Part shown: piece after piece, positions 36,566 through 44,736 of the stretch
Layout of the letters: the number at the start of each line of letters is the position of its first letter
How positions within the stretch are numbered: the first letter of the stretch is position 1
Source: Bacteroidota bacterium
GTDB taxonomy: Bacteria > Bacteroidota > Bacteroidia > UBA8524
Assembly: GCA_008933805.1 (NCBI GenBank)
Contig: WBUH01000010.1
Coordinates: 37,820 to 101,819 of the forward strand
Direction of reading: 5' to 3'
Length of the DNA stretch: 64,000 nucleotides
Program-made: the position numbers and the translations under genes
Notes under the pieces: generated by a model
The model's input: the letters and a program-made list of their open reading frames with translations, nothing else
Databases searched by the model: none
What the model was told of the DNA's origin: nothing

Positions 36566-36604
36566 GTGTAGTTAAATTATTAACCACACTAAATAAAAAT
36601 AATT

Positions 36605-36826
36605 ATGGATACCCAAAAAAAACCAGCAGAAGCATTTAAAGTGTCAGGAGACTGGGGAATGCAAACAAGGCTACTGAAGGAGAAATACCCTCAACTAACG
36701 GATGCCGATTTGAAATTTGAAATGGGTAAAGAAACCGACCTATTGGGAAGGATTGAAAAAAGGCTGAATAAAAATCGCGAAGAGGTTATTAATATCCTAA
36801 AAAAAGGATTTCCTGAAAAAGCTTAA
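36605..36826 (+). CDS. CsbD-like general stress protein
   Basis: 73 aa. The pattern W.....LKEKYPQLTDADL....GKETDLLGRIEKRL.K.REEV matches the short Bacteroidota CsbD-family layout. Confidence 0.55.
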   Translation: MDTQKKPAEAFKVSGDWGMQTRLLKEKYPQLTDADLKFEMGKETDLLGRIEKRLNKNREEVINILKKGFPEKA

Positions 36827-36902
36827 ATTCATCTTTATTAATTGATAACGCGATATTTTATAGCTATTGCAAGCCTTTAAAAAAGAGAATTTAATAGACA
36901 AA

Positions 36903-36930
36903 GGGCGGAGCCTTAAAACTCTGCCCTTTT
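36903..36930 (+). terminator. Rho-independent terminator after the CsbD-like gene
   Basis: Stem GGGCGGAG (36903-36910) / CTCTGCCC (36919-36926) with one G-U pair, followed by TTTT (36927-36930). Confidence 0.6.
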
Positions 36931-36950
36931 AAAAAACAACACCCGTTATT

Positions 36951-37289
36951 GTGGAAAATGCAGATTTTGAAAGCGCTAGAGTTTTTATCATTGTAGAAAT
37001 TCTTGAATACATACCCAACTCGGTAGTAATTAAAACAATTATCAGAAAAACAACCGGCAATATTAGTGCTGTTTCATTTGACACCGGAGAAGCATTAACT
37101 GAAAAAATTTCACCGTTTGATACTTTCATACAGGTAATTGATGGAAAGGCTGAAGTGGTTATTAATGATGTTTCGCACCTTCTAAACACAGGACAATCAA
37201 TCATTATACCTGCCCACTCACGCAATACCATTAAAGCAAATGTGAGGTTCAAAATGATCTCTACAATAATAAAAAGCGGGTACGAATAG
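36951..37289 (+). CDS. Cupin-domain protein
   Basis: 112 aa with a GTG start. FDTGEALTEKISPFDTFIQVIDGKAEVVINDVSHLLNTGQSIIIPAHSRNTIKA fits the two-motif cupin beta-barrel layout. Confidence 0.65.
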   Translation: MENADFESARVFIIVEILEYIPNSVVIKTIIRKTTGNISAVSFDTGEALTEKISPFDTFIQVIDGKAEVVINDVSHLLNTGQSIIIPAHSRNTIKANVRFKMISTIIKSGYE

Positions 37290-37314
37290 TAAACACAGTT
37301 TAAAACAAAAAATT

Positions 37315-37575
37315 ATGAACTCAGGAAAAATAGTATTAGGGGTTTTGGGCGGCTTAGCTGCCGGTGCATTATTGGGCATTTTACTTGCACCTGAAAAAGG
37401 GTCGGTAACAAGGAAAAATATAATGAATAAAGGCGAAGACTACCTTGACGGGCTTAAAGGCAAATTTGACGAGCTAATGGCTGCAATTACGGATAAGTAT
37501 GAGAGTGTGAAAGACGAACTAAAAGACGTGGCTGCTGATGAACAAGCAGGCAACAAAGCCGGAAAACAGTTGTAA
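37315..37575 (+). CDS. YtxH-domain protein
   Basis: 86 aa. N-terminal hydrophobic GVLGGLAAGALLGILLAPEKGSVTRK followed by a charged helical tail is typical of YtxH. Confidence 0.75.
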   Translation: MNSGKIVLGVLGGLAAGALLGILLAPEKGSVTRKNIMNKGEDYLDGLKGKFDELMAAITDKYESVKDELKDVAADEQAGNKAGKQL

Positions 37576-37601
37576 CCAATTTTTCACCTAAACTATTAAG
37601 C

Positions 37602-37961
37602 ATGCCGGAAACCACTACAGCTGAAGCAACACCCATTGAAATACTTTTTGAAGAAGCCGCTGCCTATAGCAAAACCACAATAGAGCTAATACGGCTGGTG
37701 GCCATAAGCAAAACAGCCGATTTACTATCGCTGATAACAGCGGGTTTGGTAATAACACTTATTACAGCAGTATTTGCAGTATTTATGAATATAGGTGTTG
37801 CCATGTGGTTAGGTGAGGTATTGGGTAAACTATATTATGGGTATTTTATTGTAGGAGGATTTTATGGATTATTAGCATTATTACTTGTAGGCCTTCGCAA
37901 GCAATTAATTATACGTCCTATAAATAATGCCATTATAACATTGTTACAAAAAGATGTATGA
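37602..37961 (+). CDS. Holin-X/DUF1469-like two-TM membrane protein
   Basis: 119 aa with an amphipathic N-helix and two long TM segments (LLSLITAGLVITLITAVFAVFMNIG, GYFIVGGFYGLLALLLVGL). It holds the usual position after YtxH. Confidence 0.5.
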   Translation: MPETTTAEATPIEILFEEAAAYSKTTIELIRLVAISKTADLLSLITAGLVITLITAVFAVFMNIGVAMWLGEVLGKLYYGYFIVGGFYGLLALLLVGLRKQLIIRPINNAIITLLQKDV

Positions 37962-38341
37962 AAAGCAAAAGTGATGTGTTGAATGAGAAAATACTTCTTT
38001 TAAAAAACACACAAGCAACGCAACTAAAACTGCTTACACAGCAACTGGATGCCACTTACCAAAGCCTTAGACCAATTAATCTTTTAAAAACCACGCTACA
38101 CGAAGTAGCAACAGCACCCGAATTAAAAACCACATTGATAAATAATGCAATAGGTTTAGCAATGGGTTATCTTTCAAAGAAAATAATAACGGGCTCATCG
38201 CACAATCCCATGATAAAAATGGGAGGACTCTTGTTACAATTCACCATTGCCAATATCGCCTCAAAACATCCGGAAGCTATAAAAGCAGCCGGAAAAAATA
38301 TCTTTAAGATATTTTTTGGCCGAGAGGATGTAGAAGTATAA
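37958..38341 (+). CDS. Hypothetical protein, translationally coupled to the holin-like gene
   Basis: 127 aa. The ATGA start/stop overlap at 37958-37961 couples it to the upstream gene. It has a helical N-half and an amphipathic/hydrophobic C-half (GGLLLQFTIANIA). Confidence 0.5.
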   Translation: MKSKSDVLNEKILLLKNTQATQLKLLTQQLDATYQSLRPINLLKTTLHEVATAPELKTTLINNAIGLAMGYLSKKIITGSSHNPMIKMGGLLLQFTIANIASKHPEAIKAAGKNIFKIFFGREDVEV

Positions 38342-38394
38342 TCACACCTTTTTTAAACATTAATTATATCCTAAGGGATAAAACAAGTGATTAA

Positions 38395-38452
38395 TGTAAC
38401 TTATCACCAAACAAGTGTAACACATACAATTTAAAACAGTTGCAACTTTGTA
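38395..38452 (+). promoter_or_regulatory. Second copy of the TGTAAC-N15-TGTAAC ... CTTTGTA operator/promoter
   Basis: TGTAAC at 38395-38400 and 38416-38421 (21-bp spacing). TTAAAAC, TGCA and CTTTGTA (38446-38452) sit at the same offsets as in the 36508-36565 copy. It lies 44 nt upstream of the ATG at 38496. Confidence 0.55.
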
Positions 38453-38495
38453 CTCTTAATGTGAACTATCAACGTCTTAAATTTTTTAAAAAATC

Positions 38496-38939
38496 ATGAA
38501 AATAAATAAATTAATAGTAATGGCATCAATAATACTAATGATAATTATGATCATTACAGGCTGTAGCTCTCCGGCAAAGAAGGTTGAAAACGCCCAAAGC
38601 GACGTAGAAAAAGCCAACAGAGAACTTGAGCAAGCCAACAAAGACTATATAGCTGATATAGAAGCCTATAAAAAAGAAACGAATGAAAAAATACTTGCGA
38701 ATGACCGCACACTTTCTGAGTTTAATACGCGAATAGAAGCTGAAAAAATTGCAGTGAAAAAAGATTATACAAAAAAAATCGCTGAGCTGGATCAAAAAAA
38801 CAGCGACATGAAAAAAAGGTTAGACGAATATACCTTAGAAGGTAAAGACAAATGGGAGATTTTTAAAGCGCAATATGCCCGTGATATGGAGGAGCTAAAC
38901 AAAGCCTTTGCAGATTTAACCGCTAAAAACACTAAATAA
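38496..38939 (+). CDS. Coiled-coil lipoprotein (hypothetical)
   Basis: 147 aa with lipobox IITGCSSP. The remainder is K/E-rich heptad-like sequence. Confidence 0.55.
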   Translation: MKINKLIVMASIILMIIMIITGCSSPAKKVENAQSDVEKANRELEQANKDYIADIEAYKKETNEKILANDRTLSEFNTRIEAEKIAVKKDYTKKIAELDQKNSDMKKRLDEYTLEGKDKWEIFKAQYARDMEELNKAFADLTAKNTK

Positions 38940-38966
38940 TTTACACGCCATTAAACACAAAAAATC

Positions 38967-39617
38967 ATGAAAAAATCACTTATTATAATATGCGTGTTAC
39001 TACTTTCTTTTAGTAACACATTACTTGCCCAAGGCGAGAATGATGACAATATTGACATGCGCGAAAAACTTACCTTCGGGATAAAAGCCGGCATCAATTA
39101 TTCTAATGTTTGGGACGAACAAGGACAGGATTTTGAGGCCGACCCAAGGGTAGGGTTTGCGGGGGGAGTATTCTTAGGAATACCAATAGGTAAATACCTT
39201 GGTGTGCAGCCTGAGCTTTTGCTTTCGCAAAAAGGATTTCAAGGCGGCGGAACATTACTGGGCAATCCCTACTCGTTCTCTAAAACAACAACATATATTG
39301 ATGTGCCTATAATGCTGCAAATAAAACCTATTGAGTATTTAAGCATTGTTTTCGGACCCCAATATTCATACCTGATAAACGAAAAAAACAAATACACGTT
39401 TGGGGCAAACAGCACTGAGCAGGAAAGAGAATTTGAAAACGATAATGTGCGCAAAAACGTGCTTGGTTTTGTAGTGGGCGGCGATATTAACGTCTCACAC
39501 ATTGTACTTTCAGGCAGGATGGCATGGGATTTTCAAACAAACAATGGCGATGGCTCATCATCAACACCACGCTACAAAAACCAATGGCTACAAATAACTA
39601 TTGGTTTTAGATTGTAA
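38967..39617 (+). CDS. Outer-membrane beta-barrel (porin-family, OMP_b-brl_2-like) protein
   Basis: 216 aa with signal peptide ending LLAQ. FGIKAGINYSNV, alternating strands and a C-terminal QITIGFRL are typical of small Bacteroidota OM barrels. Confidence 0.65.
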   Translation: MKKSLIIICVLLLSFSNTLLAQGENDDNIDMREKLTFGIKAGINYSNVWDEQGQDFEADPRVGFAGGVFLGIPIGKYLGVQPELLLSQKGFQGGGTLLGNPYSFSKTTTYIDVPIMLQIKPIEYLSIVFGPQYSYLINEKNKYTFGANSTEQEREFENDNVRKNVLGFVVGGDINVSHIVLSGRMAWDFQTNNGDGSSSTPRYKNQWLQITIGFRL

Positions 39618-39657
39618 GTAATACCGATTGGTATTACTTAGTACATAAAATAAAAAT

Positions 39658-40260
39658 ATGAAAAAATTAATTTTAATAACACTCTTACTATTCTCAACAG
39701 TATTTACTGCACTTTACGCTCAAACTACTACTACCACAACCACTACGGTTACAACCACAAAAAGCGGTTACAGCACAAAGTATGGCAAAACATTAAATGC
39801 GGGTATAGGAATAGGTTATTATGGATATGTAAACCGCTCTTTGCCCGTATTCCATCTTAACTACGAGCTGGATGTTGCAAAAAACTTCACCTTAGCCCCT
39901 TTCATAAGTTTTTACAGCTATACCAATGAGTATTATTGGGGAAGTAATAACCACCCCTACAGAAACTACCGCTACCGCGAAACGGTGATACCTATCGGCT
40001 TAAAAGGTTCTTACTATTTTGATGATATACTTGCTGCAAACTCTAGTTGGGATTTTTACCTAGCCGGTTCATTAGGCTTTGCCATTGTGAACAGAAGCTG
40101 GGACAGCGATTACAACGGTGATAAAGATTATTACAAAGGGGCTCGTCCCTTGTACTTAGATATTCACGTAGGTACTGAGTATCACTTTAACAACAGGGTT
40201 GGCGCATTCCTTGATTTATCAAGCGGGGTATCTACTATCGGTTTAGCCTTTCACCATTAA
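39658..40260 (+). CDS. Outer-membrane beta-barrel-like protein with Thr-tract linker (hypothetical)
   Basis: 200 aa with signal peptide ending LYAQ, then TTTTTTTTVTTT, aromatic-rich alternating strands and a C-terminal TIGLAFHH. Confidence 0.45.
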   Translation: MKKLILITLLLFSTVFTALYAQTTTTTTTTVTTTKSGYSTKYGKTLNAGIGIGYYGYVNRSLPVFHLNYELDVAKNFTLAPFISFYSYTNEYYWGSNNHPYRNYRYRETVIPIGLKGSYYFDDILAANSSWDFYLAGSLGFAIVNRSWDSDYNGDKDYYKGARPLYLDIHVGTEYHFNNRVGAFLDLSSGVSTIGLAFHH

Positions 40261-40277
40261 CAGTTAAAAAATAAATT

Positions 40278-40433
40278 ATGGGAAATTTACTATATGCAAT
40301 CGCCATTGTACTAGTAGTTGTTTGGGCAGTGGGGTTTTTAGGTTACAATGCAGGGGCCCTTATACACATTCTGCTGGTAATAGCCATAGTTGCTATCTTA
40401 TTGCGCCTAATAAAAGGAAAAAATACTCTTTAA
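40278..40433 (+). CDS. lmo0937-family small membrane protein (51 aa, absent from the ORF track)
   Basis: Hand translation gives MGNLLYAIAIVLVVVWAVGFLGYNAGALIHILLVIAIVAILLRLIKGKNTL. It has two TM helices with the W..GF....G..IH.LLVIA core of this family. The ATG lies 17 nt after the previous stop, and the TAA is at 40431-40433. Confidence 0.6.
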   Translation: MGNLLYAIAIVLVVVWAVGFLGYNAGALIHILLVIAIVAILLRLIKGKNTL

Positions 40434-40493
40434 GCAGGTACTGAGCAGCTTGGGAAAGTATGTCTTTACCACTTGAAAGTGTGTGTAAAACAG

Positions 40494-40527
40494 GGAGGGT
40501 TTGGAAACAGACCCTCCTTTACTTTTT
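40494..40527 (+). terminator. Terminator closing the lipoprotein/OMP/small-protein operon
   Basis: Stem GGAGGGT (40494-40500) / ACCCTCC (40511-40517) with a 10-nt loop, then TTTACTTTTT. It overlaps the 3' end of the convergent DUF1801-like gene. Confidence 0.55.
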
Positions 40528-40866
40528 GTACGATACTGCCAATTCCATTATCTCTTCAATAATTTCAATCTGAATATCAGTATTAGGGTCTACAGGTAGT
40601 ATTTTCATCCGCGCACGGTTGCCGGTTTGCAAGGCATGGTGGCTTATCTTATCTCCGTCAACTATCAAAATATACGGCCATTGCGTTTTCTTATCTACCC
40701 ACAAATAACACAAGCGTTTCCCTTTGTAAGTAAACAAAGGCATTCCGTAATTCAGGGTTTCCTCAATGCTATTGTGGCAGTTTAGTATAATATCACGCAA
40801 AGCCAGTAAGCAACTTTGTTGCGGCTCAGTTTTTTGAAAGTAAAAGCCGGTAAGTGCTTCGTTCAT
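40519..40866 (-). CDS. DUF1801 (YdhG-like) domain protein
   Basis: 115 aa. CLLALRDIILNCHNSIEETLNYGMPLFTYKGKRLCYLW resembles the DUF1801 core. Confidence 0.45.
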   Translation of the reverse strand: MNEALTGFYFQKTEPQQSCLLALRDIILNCHNSIEETLNYGMPLFTYKGKRLCYLWVDKKTQWPYILIVDGDKISHHALQTGNRARMKILPVDPNTDIQIEIIEEIMELAVSYKK

Positions 40867-41017
40867 TTATCTAATACTTGAAATTATTAACCCATACAAG
40901 ATGGTATGGTTTGTGTAATCTTTTATTTTACGGTAAAAGTACTTAATTTGCCCCGAAAGCAGTATTGCACACACTGCTTTCACTTAAGGAGTATTGAATT
41001 TTATTAAACCTCACGCG

Positions 41018-42004
41018 ATGAAAAAAACCATACTGTTACTTTTAATTATAGCCGTAGGATTGCCGGCGGCTATTGCACAAAAATTTAGCTTTGATTTTGA
41101 CGCAAAGGCTACTGATTATGCAAGCATAGGCAAACGTAAGCTAGCTGTTGAACTGCTTGAGGAAGACGGCAGGGCTATAGCAAAGTTTACCAGAAACAAA
41201 GAAGATTACCCAAAGGGCGTTGAGAATTATCAGAAGTATGTGAAATCATACAATGAGAACATGAAGAACTTGATGCCCAAGTTTTGGAAACTGAATGCCA
41301 CCATTGAGTTTAAAACGCCTAAAGAAATAAAAAAACTGATTGAGGCACGTGATAAGGATTATGTGATTTTGCAAGCAAAAGAAGTTGGTGGCGGCGAAGA
41401 ATACATTACCCGTTTTGACGGTACTGCTATCTCGTTGATTTTGTTTAGAGCTGAAAAAAGCGGAACGATAGATTACAAAACAATGTTGCCTTATTCATCA
41501 TCTCGCAACGACCAATGTAATACTACCCCTGATTTTACTTTTACCATCCAATCTGCTGCTGCAAATATTGAATACATGATGGAAAAGAAAACCACAGCTA
41601 CTTTTCCTGATTTTATGGAGACTAAAGCCATTGCTAATTGCAAAGATTTGAAGGATAAAACATTGCTTCTTGAGCCTGATGTGTTATCGCCCAAAGCGGA
41701 TAAGAAAACCATTAAGGAGTATTATGAAAAGAAGTTTGAGGTTTTGAAAAAAGACCTTAGCCTTGTAAACAATGCTGTTGAAACACAAGACCCTGCTATG
41801 TGCTACGTTGTTTTGATACCTTACAGCACCTACCAAAACCCATTTGCCAGCGAACCAAGAACCTATGTACTTTGCTACAAGCTTATTGTGAATGCTGCCG
41901 ACGGCAAAATAATGAACTACATGGAAGGCAAAGCTAAAAACGGTGATGATGTATCGCTGTTGCAAGAAAAAGACTTTAAACAACTAAACAGCTGCGATAA
42001 GTAA
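41018..42004 (+). CDS. Secreted hypothetical protein
   Basis: I prefer the ATG at 41018 (328 aa) because it gives the signal peptide MKKTILLLLIIAVGLPAAIAQ; the track start at 40994 is TTG. I recognise no motif. Confidence 0.5.
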   Translation: MKKTILLLLIIAVGLPAAIAQKFSFDFDAKATDYASIGKRKLAVELLEEDGRAIAKFTRNKEDYPKGVENYQKYVKSYNENMKNLMPKFWKLNATIEFKTPKEIKKLIEARDKDYVILQAKEVGGGEEYITRFDGTAISLILFRAEKSGTIDYKTMLPYSSSRNDQCNTTPDFTFTIQSAAANIEYMMEKKTTATFPDFMETKAIANCKDLKDKTLLLEPDVLSPKADKKTIKEYYEKKFEVLKKDLSLVNNAVETQDPAMCYVVLIPYSTYQNPFASEPRTYVLCYKLIVNAADGKIMNYMEGKAKNGDDVSLLQEKDFKQLNSCDK

Positions 42005-42026
42005 TACCGTAGCCGTTATATATGCA

Positions 42027-42062
42027 AAAGCCCTTTGTTTGTGAAACAAAGGGCTTTTTTAT
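42027..42062 (+). terminator. Rho-independent terminator (plus-strand gene)
   Basis: Stem AAAGCCCTTTGTTT / AAACAAAGGGCTTT followed by TTTTT. It begins 23 nt after the stop at 42004. Confidence 0.75.
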
Positions 42063-42073
42063 TGCCTTATAAA

Positions 42074-42106
42074 ACAAAAAAATCCCCTGTTGGTGAACAG
42101 GGGATT
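42074..42106 (-). terminator. Rho-independent terminator of lpdA
   Basis: Stem ATCCCCTGT (42082-42090) / ACAGGGGAT (42098-42106). On the minus strand it is followed by a U-run (A-run 42075-42082 on +). It lies 30 nt past the lpdA stop. Confidence 0.7.
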
Positions 42107-42135
42107 TACAGTTATTTGTTATTAAAAGATAAATA

Positions 42136-43530
42136 TTACAAGTGTATGCACTCACCGTAGGCTTGTGCAGTAGCTTCCATAATGGCTTCGCTCATTGTGG
42201 GGTGAGGGTGAACTGATTTTATGATTTCGTGGCCGGTAGTTTCCAGTTTACGTGCAGCAACAACCTCAGCAATCATTTCGGTTACGTTAGCACCAATAAA
42301 GTGCGCACCCAACCATTCGCCGTATTTGGCATCAAAAATCACTTTTACAAAGCCTTCTTTAGCTCCGGCAGCACTTGCCTTACCTGAAGCTGAAAATGGG
42401 AATTTACCCACTTTAATTTCGTATCCGGCTTCTTTAGCTGCTTTTTCGGTATAACCCACTGAAGCAACTTCGGGCCAGCAATAGGTACAACCGGGTATGT
42501 TGTTATAATCCAAAGGCTCAACGTGTACACCTGCAATTTTCTCAACACAGATAATACCTTCTGCGCTGGCTACGTGTGCCAAAGCGGGGCCTTTTACAAT
42601 ATCACCGATAGCATATACGCCATCAATGTTGGTTTTATAAAAATCATCTACCAATACTTTGCCTTTATCGGTTTTTACACCAACAGTTTCAAGGCCGATG
42701 TTTTCAAGGTTGGTTTGGATTCCTACAGCACTTAGTACCACATCGCATTCCAATTGCACATTACCGGTTTTAGTTTTTACGGTTACTTTGCAACCTGCGC
42801 CGCTGGTATCAACACCTTCAACACTGCTTTCGGTCATTATTTCAATGCCTTTTTTCTTGTATTCTTTAGCAAGTGTTTTAGATACCTCTTCGTCTTCAAT
42901 TGGTAAAATGTTAGGCATAAACTCAACGATGGTAACTTTAGTACCCATAGCGTTGTAGAAGTATGCAAACTCACAACCAATAGCACCGCTACCTATTACT
43001 ACCATGCTTTTTGGTAGTTGGGGCAATACCATTGCATCGTGGTAACCAACAATCTTTTTACCGTCAATTTTCACATTAGGCAACTCGCGGCTGCGGGCAC
43101 CTGTAGCAAGTATAATATGCTTTGCTGTGTGAAGTTCTTTTTTGCCATCAGCAGCAGTTACTTCAACACTGCCTTTTGAAGCTAATTTTCCAAAACCTGC
43201 CAAAACGGTGATTTTGTTTTTCTTCATTAAGAAAGAAATACCCTTGCTCATACCGTTTGCAACATCGCGAGAGCGTTGGATAATATTGCCAAACTCAGGT
43301 TTTGAGTCTGAAACGGTAATACCATAATCAGATGCGTGTTTAATGTATTCAAACACTTGTGCTGATTTCAACAGGGCTTTGGTAGGGATACAACCCCAGT
43401 TAAGACATACACCGCCAATTTCAGATTTCTCAACAATGGCAACGTTCATACCCAACTGTGCTGCACGAATGGCTGCAACGTACCCACCGGGGCCGCTTCC
43501 TATTACTATTACGTCAAAATTCATATTCAA
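42136..43530 (-). CDS. lpdA: Dihydrolipoyl dehydrogenase (E3)
   Basis: 464 aa. FAD motif VIGSGPGGYVAAIRAAQLG, redox disulfide GGVCLNWGCIPTKALL, NAD motif VIGSGAIGCEFA, and C-terminal HPHPTMSEA. Confidence 0.92.
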   Translation of the reverse strand: MNMNFDVIVIGSGPGGYVAAIRAAQLGMNVAIVEKSEIGGVCLNWGCIPTKALLKSAQVFEYIKHASDYGITVSDSKPEFGNIIQRSRDVANGMSKGISFLMKKNKITVLAGFGKLASKGSVEVTAADGKKELHTAKHIILATGARSRELPNVKIDGKKIVGYHDAMVLPQLPKSMVVIGSGAIGCEFAYFYNAMGTKVTIVEFMPNILPIEDEEVSKTLAKEYKKKGIEIMTESSVEGVDTSGAGCKVTVKTKTGNVQLECDVVLSAVGIQTNLENIGLETVGVKTDKGKVLVDDFYKTNIDGVYAIGDIVKGPALAHVASAEGIICVEKIAGVHVEPLDYNNIPGCTYCWPEVASVGYTEKAAKEAGYEIKVGKFPFSASGKASAAGAKEGFVKVIFDAKYGEWLGAHFIGANVTEMIAEVVAARKLETTGHEIIKSVHPHPTMSEAIMEATAQAYGECIHL

Positions 43531-43607
43531 AAGTTGTTTAAAAGCGGTGCAAAATAACGCATTTTAATTGATATGGCATTGATGTATATCAATGCCCCAT
43601 GTTTGAT

Positions 43608-43648
43608 ATAAAAACAGCCCAAGCATGAAACTGTTTCATGCTTGGGCT
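43608..43648 (-). terminator. Rho-independent terminator of the DUF3822-rsmD-coaD operon
   Basis: Stem AGCCCAAGCATGAAAC / GTTTCATGCTTGGGCT (43616-43648). On the minus strand it is followed by GUUUUUAU. It lies 27 nt past the coaD stop. Confidence 0.75.
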
Positions 43649-43674
43649 GCACTATTATTATTAAATAAATACTA

Positions 43675-44133
43675 TTAGCCTATACGTACCGCATCAGGCA
43701 CAAAGCGCTTGTAATCACCGCCGTATAATATCACATCACGCACCATTTTTGAACTTATGGCTGTGTTTTCAGGCATCGAAAGCAAAAACACAGTCTCCAA
43801 CTCAGGCCAAAGGCTTTTGTTTATCTGGGCAATCTGGTATTCGTAATCGTAATCCGTTACTGAGCGCAATCCGCGCAAAATGTATTTAGCTTCTTTAAAC
43901 TTACAAAAGTCAACCGTCAACCCATTATAGTGGTCGGCAGTAACTTTAGGCTCATCCTTAAAAATTTCTTTTATCCAACCAATCCTTTTATCCATATCAA
44001 AAAGGTGCTTCTTATCCGTATTACGGCCAATAGCAATAATAATTTCATCAAAAAGAGGCAAGGCACGGTTAATAATTTCTACGTGGCCTATGGTAATGGG
44101 GTCAAAAGTACCGGGGAATATTGCTCGTTTCAT
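43675..44133 (-). CDS. coaD: Pantetheine-phosphate adenylyltransferase
   Basis: 152 aa with AIFPGTFDPITIGHVEII (T/H-x-G-H nucleotidyltransferase motif), RGLR and ISSKMVR. Confidence 0.92.
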   Translation of the reverse strand: MKRAIFPGTFDPITIGHVEIINRALPLFDEIIIAIGRNTDKKHLFDMDKRIGWIKEIFKDEPKVTADHYNGLTVDFCKFKEAKYILRGLRSVTDYDYEYQIAQINKSLWPELETVFLLSMPENTAISSKMVRDVILYGGDYKRFVPDAVRIG

Positions 44134-44190
44134 AATCGGTATAATTATATCGGGGGGTTCAAAGAAAACACTTTTTACGTATAAATAACA

Positions 44191-44736
44191 CTAATGCGGC
44201 TGATTGGCATAAAAGCTAAACGCCGATTGCCCATATTTCCGGGTTTCAACCAAACAGTCATGCGGAAGTCTCACATTACTATTGTGCTCTATAATCAATA
44301 ACCCGTCTTGGTGTAGCAGTTGCCGCTCAAACACCAATTGAGGGATTGTATTGATGTTTTGCATGGCATAAGGAGGGTCGGCAAAAATCACATCGTACTT
44401 TGCAGCTGCATTTTGCAAGTATTTGTAGGCATCACCTTTTAAGGGTAACAAACAATCCAGCGAAAGCTCTTTTTTCACCTGCTTTAAAAATGAGAGAGTA
44501 ACCGTGCTGCTATCAACAGCAACCACCTCTTGCGCCCCGCGAGATGAAAACTCAAGGCTTATATTGCCTGCACCTGCAAACAAATCAAGCACTTTTGCAC
44601 CTTCAAAATCAAGGCGGTTGTTTAAAATATTAAAAAGGGCTTCTTTGGCAATATCGGTTGTGGGCCTTGCCTGTATGTTTTTGGGTGGCCTGATAATGTA
44701 GCCTGCGTGTTGTCCGCCTATTATCCTCAATGGCAA
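44191..44736 (-). CDS. rsmD: 16S rRNA (guanine966-N2)-methyltransferase RsmD
   Basis: 181 aa with RPTTDIAKEALFNIL, the SAM motif LDLFAGAGNISLEFSSRGA, and FADPPY. Confidence 0.88.
   Translation of the reverse strand: MPLRIIGGQHAGYIIRPPKNIQARPTTDIAKEALFNILNNRLDFEGAKVLDLFAGAGNISLEFSSRGAQEVVAVDSSTVTLSFLKQVKKELSLDCLLPLKGDAYKYLQNAAAKYDVIFADPPYAMQNINTIPQLVFERQLLHQDGLLIIEHNSNVRLPHDCLVETRKYGQSAFSFYANQPH

Noticed and set aside
39721-39760. Thr tract (TTTTTTTTVTTT) encoded by imperfect ACN repeats, considered as a slippage-prone phase-variation site
   Set aside because: The codons are mixed (ACT/ACC/ACA/ACG) rather than a perfect nucleotide repeat. Length change would stay in frame, so it is more likely a flexible or glycosylated linker.
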